A stretch of 64,000 bases of DNA, taken from the NCBI GenBank assembly GCA_001799565.1, contig MGTS01000042.1:1016-65015 (forward strand), given 5' to 3'. A model generated the notes under the pieces. The model saw nothing but the letters and a program-made list of their open reading frames with translations, made no database searches and was not told the DNA's origin. Below are positions 35,928-44,338 of this stretch, in pieces; the first letter of the stretch is position 1; every line of letters starts with the position of its first letter. Both the position numbers and the translations under genes were made by a program. The stretch is from Elusimicrobia bacterium GWA2_51_34 (GTDB taxonomy: Bacteria > Elusimicrobiota > Elusimicrobia > Elusimicrobiales > UBA9959).

Positions 35928-35972
35928 GTTAAAATTCTACCATTTCACAGTTAGGTGATAGAACGCTAGTAT

Positions 35973-36042
35973 GCTGGTATGCGAGTAGGCTAGGATGCTG
36001 GTATGCATGCGTACTCGCCTACTAGCCTACTCGCATACCAGC
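35973..36042. promoter_or_regulatory. Nested 21-bp perfect inverted repeat in a divergent promoter region
   Basis: gctggtatgcgagtaggctag (35973-35993) and ctagcctactcgcataccagc (36022-36042) are exact reverse complements. Partial inner copies (atgctggtatgc / gtactcgcctac) lie between them. The function is unknown. Confidence 0.45.
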
Positions 36043-36085
36043 TTCCTAGCTTTCCAGCTTTTCAAATAAGGTAAAATTCATTTTA

Positions 36086-37816
36086 ATGGAAATACTCCTG
36101 CTGGGGTCTATTATCTTCGCGCCGCTCGCTTTCGCGGCCGTGGAACCCTGGGCTTTCGGCCCGCTGTACGCGGTATTTTTCGGCATGTCCGCGCGGCTTT
36201 ACTCAACAGGCCGGGCCAATAATCCAAACCCGCTTTATAAAAACCTCATCCCCGCCGTGCTTGCCGTGGCAGCCATAGGCCTTTTGCAGACCATAACGGA
36301 AAACCCCGTAAACGCGCCCTCGGCCCTTATTTTTACCGCCTGGCGGCAGGCCACACTTAACGCCGTGGTTACCTGGCTGTTCTACGCGGCAGTGCTTTAC
36401 TGCGTGCCGCAGATAATCACCACTCCACAGCGCCTCAAGCGCCTGTTATGGACCATATTCGCCATGGGCGTTATCATAGCGCTTATAGGAATGCTTCAAA
36501 AAAGCGGGGAAAACAGTATTGTTTACGGCTTGCGCAAAGTAAGGGGCGATTCATTCGGCCCTTTTGTGAACCGCGATCATGGCGCCAATTTTATGGCCAT
36601 GGCGGCCCTGGCCGGGATGGGATTGTTCTTTTCCGGGTTCCGGGCGATGTTCGCGCAACAGAGCCATACGCGTTTTTTTGACCTGCTGGCGGTGCAATCT
36701 TTGAAGCTGGTCATGATAGTGGCCGTGATTTACGGCATCTACCGCACCGGCTCGCGCGGCGGACTGCATTTTTTCGTGCTGGCCGCGGCTGCCGCCGGGT
36801 TCGTCTCCGCCGGCTTCGTAAAAACAAGGAAACTTAAAGTGGCCGCTTACGCTGGGCTTTTACTCCTTTTGGCCGGTTATGGTGTTTTTGTCTCGCGCAA
36901 TGAAAAACTTATGGGCCTCAACGGCGGCGCTTTTGACCGCTCTATCACTATGCGGTTCTCAATGTACGCAAGCGGCTGGCGGATGTTGAAGGATTTCCCC
37001 GTATTCGGCGTGGGCCTTGGCGCCGTGGAGCACGCCTTCCCTCACTACACGCTCCCCGGTTTTCCGGTAGGCAGGCTTGTGCGCCACGTGCACAGCGACT
37101 GGCTGGAGCTTTTCCTGCAGACGGGCCTTGCGGGCGGGCTTATCTACCTGGCCGGCCTGCTGGCTGCGCTGTACTTCTCTTTCAAAACCTGGACCGGCGC
37201 CCGGTCATTCACGATAAAGGCGCTATGCGGCGGGGCGCTGGGCGCGGCAGCGGCAGCTTCGGCACATAACCTGGTGGAGTTCGGCTCGCAAATGCCGGCC
37301 AACACACTTACCTTTTACGCCCTGCTGGGCGCGCTGGTTTCCATACCCGCCTTACAAGGTCTTCCCAGCCGCAACACCGGCGAAGAAGAGCTGCCTGAAC
37401 CCGCCGCCCCCGCGCCGCGCCTGCGCGCCGCCGCGGTCTTTGCGCTGGCCGCGCTGCTGTCCGCCTGGGTTATACCGCAATTCATGGCCTGGCGCTATGA
37501 CCAGTTGGCAAAAACCGCACCTTTCGCCCATAAAATAGAATTCCGCGCAGCCTCGCTTAAATGGTCCCCCAACCCGCAGGCCGCCTTCCGCCTGGGCGGG
37601 GAGTATTATAATCAGGGGCTGCAAAATAAAACCGCCCCCTGCGCGCTGTTCCGGGATTCCCGGCAGGCCATATCGCCGTTTCTGCGCCGCGCCCCAGTAA
37701 ATTACGATCTCAACATCCTTGATGGGAACCTGCGCTTGCAGCTGGCGCACTGCTATAACCCCCGCAAAATAAAGGCCGGTTCCGGCGCCCCGCCAGCGCG
37801 CGCCAGCCGCCCCTAA
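36086..37816 (+). CDS. O-antigen ligase/polymerase family (Wzy_C) polytopic membrane protein with a soluble C-terminal extension
   Basis: More than 10 TM segments. It has the characteristic loop HVHSDWLELFLQTGLAGGLIYL and a ~150-aa non-membrane tail. Confidence 0.75.
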   Translation: MEILLLGSIIFAPLAFAAVEPWAFGPLYAVFFGMSARLYSTGRANNPNPLYKNLIPAVLAVAAIGLLQTITENPVNAPSALIFTAWRQATLNAVVTWLFYAAVLYCVPQIITTPQRLKRLLWTIFAMGVIIALIGMLQKSGENSIVYGLRKVRGDSFGPFVNRDHGANFMAMAALAGMGLFFSGFRAMFAQQSHTRFFDLLAVQSLKLVMIVAVIYGIYRTGSRGGLHFFVLAAAAAGFVSAGFVKTRKLKVAAYAGLLLLLAGYGVFVSRNEKLMGLNGGAFDRSITMRFSMYASGWRMLKDFPVFGVGLGAVEHAFPHYTLPGFPVGRLVRHVHSDWLELFLQTGLAGGLIYLAGLLAALYFSFKTWTGARSFTIKALCGGALGAAAAASAHNLVEFGSQMPANTLTFYALLGALVSIPALQGLPSRNTGEEELPEPAAPAPRLRAAAVFALAALLSAWVIPQFMAWRYDQLAKTAPFAHKIEFRAASLKWSPNPQAAFRLGGEYYNQGLQNKTAPCALFRDSRQAISPFLRRAPVNYDLNILDGNLRLQLAHCYNPRKIKAGSGAPPARASRP

Positions 37817-37983
37817 CCTCTACCCCTCACTTGGAATCGCGCCGTGAAAACTGCGGGGGGCAATAAGCGCGTCAGTAAATATTTGCCATCTCCCCGCTTT
37901 ACATTATAAAATAGGCGCTTAGCCGTCTGGCTGTCCAGCTGCCTGGCTGCCCAGCAGTGGATGTATCTTTACAAGGGGGAACA

Positions 37984-38730
37984 ATGAAATACTTATTCAG
38001 CTTATGCCTGGCGGTGACAATTATATCACCGGCCGCCGCGCAGAACGAGGCCTTCACCGGCAAGATCTTTACCGCCGAGGGCACAGTGAAATACCTTAAA
38101 GACGGCTCAGCCACATGGCTTCCGGTAAAGGTCCCGCAGCTTCTAGAGATTGGGGACAAAGTAAAAACCGGCCCCGGCTCCAAAGCGGAGCTTTACATTA
38201 AGTACGGCTCAAAAATACGCCTTGGCGCGAATTCCATTTTTGTGCTGAATAAAGTAGGCCCCAGGGAAAACTCGGTGGAAATGCTGTTGGGCAGGATGCA
38301 GGCCTGGATACGCAAAACCGCGGACCGCAAGTTTACAGTGCGCACGCCGTCCGCCGTTTGCGCCGTGCGCGGCACGGTTTTTGAGGTGGAGGTGGGCGAG
38401 TCCGGCCAGACCGTGTGGAACCTGTTCTCCGGAGTAATACGGGTTTCCGATTCACACAACAATAGCGTAACCCTGGCGCCCAACCAGCAATTAGCCGTTA
38501 CAAAAGAAAAAGGCGTGGAACAGCCCGCCCAGATACCCGCCCAGGTAAAGCCGCCGGAAGAACCGAAACAGCTCATCAAAGAAGAGATCTCTGAAGTAAA
38601 GGTGGAACAGATTGCGGCTGCAAAAGCTGAAGAGCAGGCTAAAGCCGCCGCCCAGGAACCTCCGCCCACCACCGTAATAGAAACCAAAGTGGTGGAGGAA
38701 AGCATGGAAGTAAGCGGCTCCACTCCCTGA
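37984..38730 (+). CDS. Exported FecR domain protein with a charged linker and conserved C-terminal tail (copy 2)
   Basis: ORF track 37957-38730, with ATG at 37984 (MKYLFSLCLAVTIISPAAA). It has the FecR-type core ...RTPSAVCAVRGTVFEVEV.... The tail is EPPPTTVIETKVVEESMEVSGSTP (38656-38727). Confidence 0.65.
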   Translation: MKYLFSLCLAVTIISPAAAQNEAFTGKIFTAEGTVKYLKDGSATWLPVKVPQLLEIGDKVKTGPGSKAELYIKYGSKIRLGANSIFVLNKVGPRENSVEMLLGRMQAWIRKTADRKFTVRTPSAVCAVRGTVFEVEVGESGQTVWNLFSGVIRVSDSHNNSVTLAPNQQLAVTKEKGVEQPAQIPAQVKPPEEPKQLIKEEISEVKVEQIAAAKAEEQAKAAAQEPPPTTVIETKVVEESMEVSGSTP

Positions 38731-38906
38731 GAGCGGCCAGCCGAGTATAAAGTGGACAGGCTTTAATAAAGCTTGTCCCTTTATCTTTGTAAGCAATACT
38801 ACAACCAAAGCGGACATAATCCTGCCCTATTTGGGTAATTAAATATACTGTCCCCAAATCTCAAATCTCACAAAGCCTGTAGTATTTGATTTGGTATAAT
38901 ATACCA

Positions 38907-39560
38907 ATGAAAGTTGGGGGAATAATTGCCTTTGCTATAGCTTTTTGCGCCTGCGCCGCGCACCATACCCAGCCAGCAGCACCCGTAACCCCCGGCGAGC
39001 AGACCGCTATAGAGCAGCGCCTGCTGCAAACCGCCCTGGATCTGAAGAACAAAAGCCAAGTCAACTATAAAATACAGCCCGGAGATTTGCTTGAAATAAC
39101 CGTTTTCCAGGAAGCCGATATGTCCCGCACCGCCCGCATAAGCGGCAACGGTACTATAACTTTCCCGCTGGCCGGCAACCTTAAACTGGCGGAACTTTCG
39201 GTACCAGAAGCCGAAAGCTTCCTGGCCGAGAAACTTTCCGAATTCCTGATAAAACCGCAGGTGACCGTGCTTATAAAAGAGTACGGCAACAAGCAGATAT
39301 ACGTTCTGGGCGAGGTTAAAAAACCCGGTTCCATAACCCTACCGCCAGAGCGCCGCCTGACCGTGCTTGAGGCCATAACCCTTGCCGGCGGCTTTACCGA
39401 CCTGGCCGCCCCGGACCGCACCAAGGTGCTCAGGAACGCCAACGGCCAGAACCAGAAAATACCGGTGGAAATTTCACGCATTACCAAGCAGGGCGATAAA
39501 AGCGCCGACATCTTCCTGGAACCCAACGACACAGTTTTCGTTCCCCAGAGTTTCTTTTGA
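38907..39560 (+). CDS. wza: Polysaccharide export outer-membrane lipoprotein (Wza-like, Poly_export + SLBB)
   Basis: ORF track 38886-39560, with ATG at 38907. It has lipobox-like AFCAC. YKIQPGDLLEITVF...ISGNGTITFPLAGNLKLAELS...IYVLGEVKKPGS is typical of Wza/GfcE N-terminal domains. Confidence 0.8.
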   Translation: MKVGGIIAFAIAFCACAAHHTQPAAPVTPGEQTAIEQRLLQTALDLKNKSQVNYKIQPGDLLEITVFQEADMSRTARISGNGTITFPLAGNLKLAELSVPEAESFLAEKLSEFLIKPQVTVLIKEYGNKQIYVLGEVKKPGSITLPPERRLTVLEAITLAGGFTDLAAPDRTKVLRNANGQNQKIPVEISRITKQGDKSADIFLEPNDTVFVPQSFF

Positions 39561-39590
39561 AAAAAGCAGTCTATCTCCTTAAATTTGATT

Positions 39591-39839
39591 ATGCCACTAA
39601 ACAGCGACACAAACATCAAAGCGCGGGAGTTCCTTATAGCACGTTTACGCACCACCCCGCCCGGCATAAAGCTGCTCCAAGCCGCTGAAATGACCAATTC
39701 TTGCGCTGCCTTCTGCATGGCAGGCATACGGTCCCGCCGCCCCGGCATATCTGAAGAAGATGTACGGCTGGAATTCGCCCGCCTGCACCTAGGCGGCACG
39801 TTGACCGCAAAAGTCTACGGCGGAAGAAAACTTTTATGA
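39591..39839 (+). CDS. Small hypothetical protein, partner of the downstream nucleotidyltransferase
   Basis: 82-84 aa (TTG at 39585 or ATG at 39591). Its stop overlaps the next start (ATGA at 39836-39839). I recognise no family. Confidence 0.45.
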   Translation: MPLNSDTNIKAREFLIARLRTTPPGIKLLQAAEMTNSCAAFCMAGIRSRRPGISEEDVRLEFARLHLGGTLTAKVYGGRKLL

Positions 39840-40399
39840 CCGTTAATCCCACAGAAGTTCTGGACCTGGTGGTCAAAGTCCTTAACACGCTTGACATCCC
39901 GCACATGATCTGCGGTTCTCTGGCAAGTTCCGTGCACGGTCTACCCCGCGCCACCATGGACGCCGACCTGGTAGCTGAAATTAAACCCAAACAGGCCGCG
40001 GCGCTGGTTCAAGCCCTTGAAAAAGAATGTTATATTGATGAAGACTCAGTAATGGAAGCGATTTCCAACCGGTCTTCTTTCAACATAATCCACTTGGCGT
40101 CTTCGTTTAAAGTGGATGTTTTTATATTGCGGGATAACCCATATTCAATTAATGAATTTTCACGCAGAACGCCGCAGACTGTTGCCGGCGTTCCGGAAAC
40201 GTCTTTCTTTGTGGCCACTCCTGAGGATGTAATATTAACCAAATTGCGCTGGTATCACCAGGGAGGGGAAACCTCCGAAAACCAATGGAGCGATGTTGCA
40301 GGAATAATTAAAGTGCAGGGTGAACGGCTGGACAGAAAATATCTGAAACACTGGGCATCGGAGCTTGGACTAGCCAGCCTCCTGGAAAAAGCTCTTTGA
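39836..40399 (+). CDS. Nucleotidyltransferase-fold (MNT/AbiEii-like) protein
   Basis: The motif CGSLASSVHGLPRATMDADLV matches the minimal NTase signature hG[GS]x9-13Dh[DE]h. 187 aa. Confidence 0.55.
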   Translation: MTVNPTEVLDLVVKVLNTLDIPHMICGSLASSVHGLPRATMDADLVAEIKPKQAAALVQALEKECYIDEDSVMEAISNRSSFNIIHLASSFKVDVFILRDNPYSINEFSRRTPQTVAGVPETSFFVATPEDVILTKLRWYHQGGETSENQWSDVAGIIKVQGERLDRKYLKHWASELGLASLLEKAL

Positions 40400-40532
40400 C
40401 GAAGAACATAGTAAACTGGAGGTTTTAATAAAAGAGCTGGACGCAAAACCCTGGATGTTTTTCCAAAAAGTACGAGGCGAAAGGTAGGCTTTCGTTTTTT
40501 CTTATAGCCTACCAGCAACAGGTAGCACTTAT

Positions 40533-42302
40533 ATGCCCGATAACGAACTTGAATTTGACCTTTCTTACTATCTGGACCTTATACTCCGCCGGCGCTTGGT
40601 GGCACTGTCGGCCTTTATTTCCGTGGTTATTGTTACCGCTCTTGTAACCTTTAACACCCGCCCGGTGTACCAGGCCAGCGCCCTGCTTGTTATAGAAAAA
40701 GAGCGCGGCAATAATACAATTTACCAGGGCGGCCCCACGGTGGAGCGCGGTAACGACGATTATTACCAGACGCAGTACAAGTTGCTTAAAAGCGAAGCTC
40801 TGCTTAAAACAGTGCACAAACGCCTTAACCTGGACAGCGTCTCAGAATTTGCCGGTGTGTACGGCTATCGCAGGCTGCTTGGGCCGGTGGCAATTGCTCC
40901 GGTGCCCCGCAGCCGTTTGGTATATGTAAAAGTTAACTCTTACGACCCCCTGCTGGCAGCAAAAATAGCCAATACAGTGGCCACTGTTTTCATAGAACAG
41001 AATCTGTCAAACCAGCTTTTTATTTCCAAAGATGTACTTAACGCCCTGCAAATAGAAAGGTCCGGCAACCAAAGCCGCGCTATTTATGAATCCCTTCCGG
41101 CTGTGGTAAACAATACTCTCATACAGGACCTTAAGCGGGAAACCGCAAAATTACAGGCGCAGGTGGCGGAGGCCTCCGGCCGCTATACACCAAGGCACCC
41201 TCAACTGTTGGCCATGGCAGCCACTTTGCAGACCTTGCAGCGGCAGATAAAAGAAGAGACCGACAAGGTTATCCAAAGCCTTAAAATAGACCTATCCGGC
41301 CAGCTTATGGGCAATAACATACGCCTTATAGACGCGGCCGTACCGCCGCTGGGCCCCATAAAGCCGCGCAAGATGTTTAATATGCTTCTTTCACTTATAG
41401 GCGGCCTGGTACTGGGCCTTTTTGCAGCTGTAGCGGTAGACTTTATAGACCAAACAGTGCGTACACAGGAAGACGTGGAAAATAAGCTGGGCCTGCCCTT
41501 CCTGGGCGTAGTGCCCTTCACCCGCCAGACCAAAGAACAGACCGCCTATCACCACCTGCTGCTGCCGGAGCATTCGCTTATAGGCGAATCCATACGCAAT
41601 CTGCGCACCATGGTGCATTTCGCCGAGGTTGGGCGCAAAAACAAAGCTTTAATAGTCAGCAGCACTGTGCAGGGTGAAGGCAAAAGCTATGTAGCCGCCA
41701 ATCTGGCCGTGGCTATAGCACAGGCGGGGGAGAAGGTTTTAGTAATGGACGGCGACCTGCGCCGATCCAACCTGCATAAACTTTTCGGGGTGTCAAATTC
41801 AAAAGGGCTCAGCGACTTTCTGGCCTCAGGTAATAATGTGGAAGAGTTGCGTCCCCATATTCAGTCCTCCGATGTCTCCAACCTTTCAATTTTAACCTGC
41901 GGTCCGCGCCCGCCCAACCCGGCGGAACTGCTTAACACGCCGCGCCTTTCCGCCGCGCTGGCCTGGGCCCAGCAGGCATACGACCGCGTTATAGTGGACT
42001 GCCCGCCCATGTTCCCCATAAGCGACGCCCTGCTTTGGGGTAAGCACATCAACAGCTGCATTTTTGTGGCCGCCTTCGGTAAAACCCGCGTGCCGCTTAT
42101 TAAAACAGCAGCGAAACGCATGACTGCCGCCGGCCTGAAAATACTCGGCACGGTGGTCAACATGTCTAAATTCGGTGGGCTTTCATACTCTTACTACGGC
42201 TATTACCAGTACGACTATCATTACGGCCCGGATAAACCGGAAACCGAAAAGCACCAGGAACCGCGCCATAAAAAGCCTACCCCTAAAAAAGAATTGGTGT
42301 AG
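40533..42302 (+). CDS. wzc: Polysaccharide co-polymerase / tyrosine autokinase (Wzc/GumC-like)
   Basis: N-terminal Wzz-like domain with two TM segments. The BY-kinase domain has Walker A VQGEGKS, Walker A' VLVMDGDLRR and Walker B VIVDCPP. The C-terminal tyrosine cluster is YSYYGYYQYDYHYG. Confidence 0.85.
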   Translation: MPDNELEFDLSYYLDLILRRRLVALSAFISVVIVTALVTFNTRPVYQASALLVIEKERGNNTIYQGGPTVERGNDDYYQTQYKLLKSEALLKTVHKRLNLDSVSEFAGVYGYRRLLGPVAIAPVPRSRLVYVKVNSYDPLLAAKIANTVATVFIEQNLSNQLFISKDVLNALQIERSGNQSRAIYESLPAVVNNTLIQDLKRETAKLQAQVAEASGRYTPRHPQLLAMAATLQTLQRQIKEETDKVIQSLKIDLSGQLMGNNIRLIDAAVPPLGPIKPRKMFNMLLSLIGGLVLGLFAAVAVDFIDQTVRTQEDVENKLGLPFLGVVPFTRQTKEQTAYHHLLLPEHSLIGESIRNLRTMVHFAEVGRKNKALIVSSTVQGEGKSYVAANLAVAIAQAGEKVLVMDGDLRRSNLHKLFGVSNSKGLSDFLASGNNVEELRPHIQSSDVSNLSILTCGPRPPNPAELLNTPRLSAALAWAQQAYDRVIVDCPPMFPISDALLWGKHINSCIFVAAFGKTRVPLIKTAAKRMTAAGLKILGTVVNMSKFGGLSYSYYGYYQYDYHYGPDKPETEKHQEPRHKKPTPKKELV

Positions 42303-42470
42303 TCATCCTGCGGCCAAGTCGCCTATTCGGTCCACTTTTGTATTGACTTACATACCTGGACATAAAAAAGCTCGTACATAATAAGAAAGTAGCAAAGAAG
42401 GCGGCAGGCAAAAACAATTCAAACCGTGATGTCAATTATCTAGGTGTTTATACAACATCTCCCGCACTCT

Positions 42471-44270
42471 ATGACTGAACACAAAAAAACTCCCCTGGGG
42501 CTCCCTACACTGCTGGCCCATCTTTTCAAACATATCAGTCTTCGTCGGCGCTATCAATTCCTTTTTATGCTCGGCTTGATACTGGCCAGTTCCGCTGCCG
42601 AGGTTGTCAGCCTAGGCGCTGTTCTGCCGTTCATCGGTATTCTTACCCAGCCGGAAAAGGTTTTCAATTACCCGATACTGGCCAGCTTTATTAAAATGCT
42701 GGGGATCACCTCTCCGTCGGGCTTGATTCTACCCCTCACAGCGGCTTTCGCCATGTCAGCCATAGTAGCCGCAGGATTACGGCTATTATTGCTGTGGGTC
42801 AGCATCCGCTTAGCAAACGCTGCCGGTGCAGATCTAAGCATCGAAGTCTACCGCCGCACGCTTTACCAACCCTATAGTGTGCATGTTGCCCGCAACAGCA
42901 GTGAAATTATCAGTGGGATTACCCAAAAAGTCGGAACTGCAACAGCCGTGTTGATATCTTTAGTTATTGTAGTTAATTCAGTTGTGCTGTTTATCGCCAT
43001 CCTTTTAACATTGCTCGCAATTGACCCTTTAGTGGCCACCTCGGCAATCCTAGTATTTGGAACAGGATATGGGATTATTGCCGGGCTAATGCGTCGCCGC
43101 TTGGTACGGAATAGCCAATGTATTGCGCGGCAACAGCCACGGGCTGTTCAAGCTCTACAAGAAGGGTTAGGTGCTATTCGTGACGTACTCCTGGATAGCG
43201 CACAGGCAGTTTATTGTGATGTGTATAATAAAGCTATCCGGCAATGGTTTCGAGCGAGCAGCGGGAATACTTATATACATCAATTCCCACGCTACGTTAT
43301 GGAAGCAATGGGCATGGTTATGATCGCAGGTTTAGCGTATACTTTAGGCCGGCGCCCGGGCGGGATGCAGGCTGCTATGCCTATAATGGGGGTACTGGCG
43401 CTTGGTGCGCAGCGCATACTGCCTCTGATGCAGCAATTGTATTCCAATTGGACGGTTGTGGTTGGAAGCTATTCCTCGTTGAATGATGTTCTTGATCTGC
43501 TTGCTCAGCCTCTGCCTAATGATGCTGATCTGCCGGTGCCAGCGCCACTTGTGTTTCAAGATAGCATCAGTTTTAAAAATGTCAGCTTCCGGTATGGCAA
43601 CTCTGGTCCATTAGTGTTGGAGGAGCTTAATCTGGTGATCCCAAAAGGAGCCAGAATTGGGTTTGTTGGCAGTACCGGAAGCGGTAAGAGCACCGCGCTG
43701 GATTTACTTATGTCCTTGCTTGAGCCTTCGCAGGGACAGATATTAGTGGACAACCGGCCTATAACAAGTGACCTTCGTAGTGCCTGGCAGCGCGCTATTG
43801 CTCATGTGCCGCAAAGCATATTCCTTTCTGACGCCACCATCGCCGAAAACATAGCTTTTGGTGTGCCGCCTGCGGAGATAGATAGTGTTCGCGTTCGGCA
43901 AGCCGCCACCCAAGCGCATATAGCAGAATTTATAGAAAGCAGGCCCGAAGGATATAGCACCTTAGTAGGTGAACGCGGTATGCGGCTCAGTGGTGGACAG
44001 CGTCAGCGAGTGGGCATAGCCCGGGCACTATATAAGCAGGCAACCGTGCTGGTTTTTGATGAAGCTACCAGTGCACTGGACAATGTCACTGAAAAAGAGG
44101 TGATGAATGCTATTGAAAGCCTAAATAAAAACCTGACCATATTTATGGTAGCTCATCGCTTTACTACACTCCGGAATTGCGACACAATTGTGCAGTTAGA
44201 CCGTGGACATATTCTAGCTACTGGGTCTTACGAACATTTTAAAAAGATATCTTCACTTTTCACGGCCTAA
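42471..44270 (+). CDS. ABC exporter, fused permease/ATPase (MsbA/PglK-type)
   Basis: Six N-terminal TM helices. It has Walker A GSTGSGKST, signature LSGGQRQR and Walker B VLVFDEATSALD. GTG at 42444 or ATG at 42471. Confidence 0.85.
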   Translation: MTEHKKTPLGLPTLLAHLFKHISLRRRYQFLFMLGLILASSAAEVVSLGAVLPFIGILTQPEKVFNYPILASFIKMLGITSPSGLILPLTAAFAMSAIVAAGLRLLLLWVSIRLANAAGADLSIEVYRRTLYQPYSVHVARNSSEIISGITQKVGTATAVLISLVIVVNSVVLFIAILLTLLAIDPLVATSAILVFGTGYGIIAGLMRRRLVRNSQCIARQQPRAVQALQEGLGAIRDVLLDSAQAVYCDVYNKAIRQWFRASSGNTYIHQFPRYVMEAMGMVMIAGLAYTLGRRPGGMQAAMPIMGVLALGAQRILPLMQQLYSNWTVVVGSYSSLNDVLDLLAQPLPNDADLPVPAPLVFQDSISFKNVSFRYGNSGPLVLEELNLVIPKGARIGFVGSTGSGKSTALDLLMSLLEPSQGQILVDNRPITSDLRSAWQRAIAHVPQSIFLSDATIAENIAFGVPPAEIDSVRVRQAATQAHIAEFIESRPEGYSTLVGERGMRLSGGQRQRVGIARALYKQATVLVFDEATSALDNVTEKEVMNAIESLNKNLTIFMVAHRFTTLRNCDTIVQLDRGHILATGSYEHFKKISSLFTA

Positions 44271-44338
44271 TATTTGATGTCTCTGTAAATACTGCATAAC
44301 TGCCTGCCGGTGTTTAGTGCAAGAGTAGGTTGCAAAAG

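Noticed and set aside
39065-39799. 244-aa ORF antisense to wza and the small partner gene.
   Set aside because: The Wza frame carries canonical Poly_export/SLBB motifs. The antisense product is Ser/Arg-rich low complexity.
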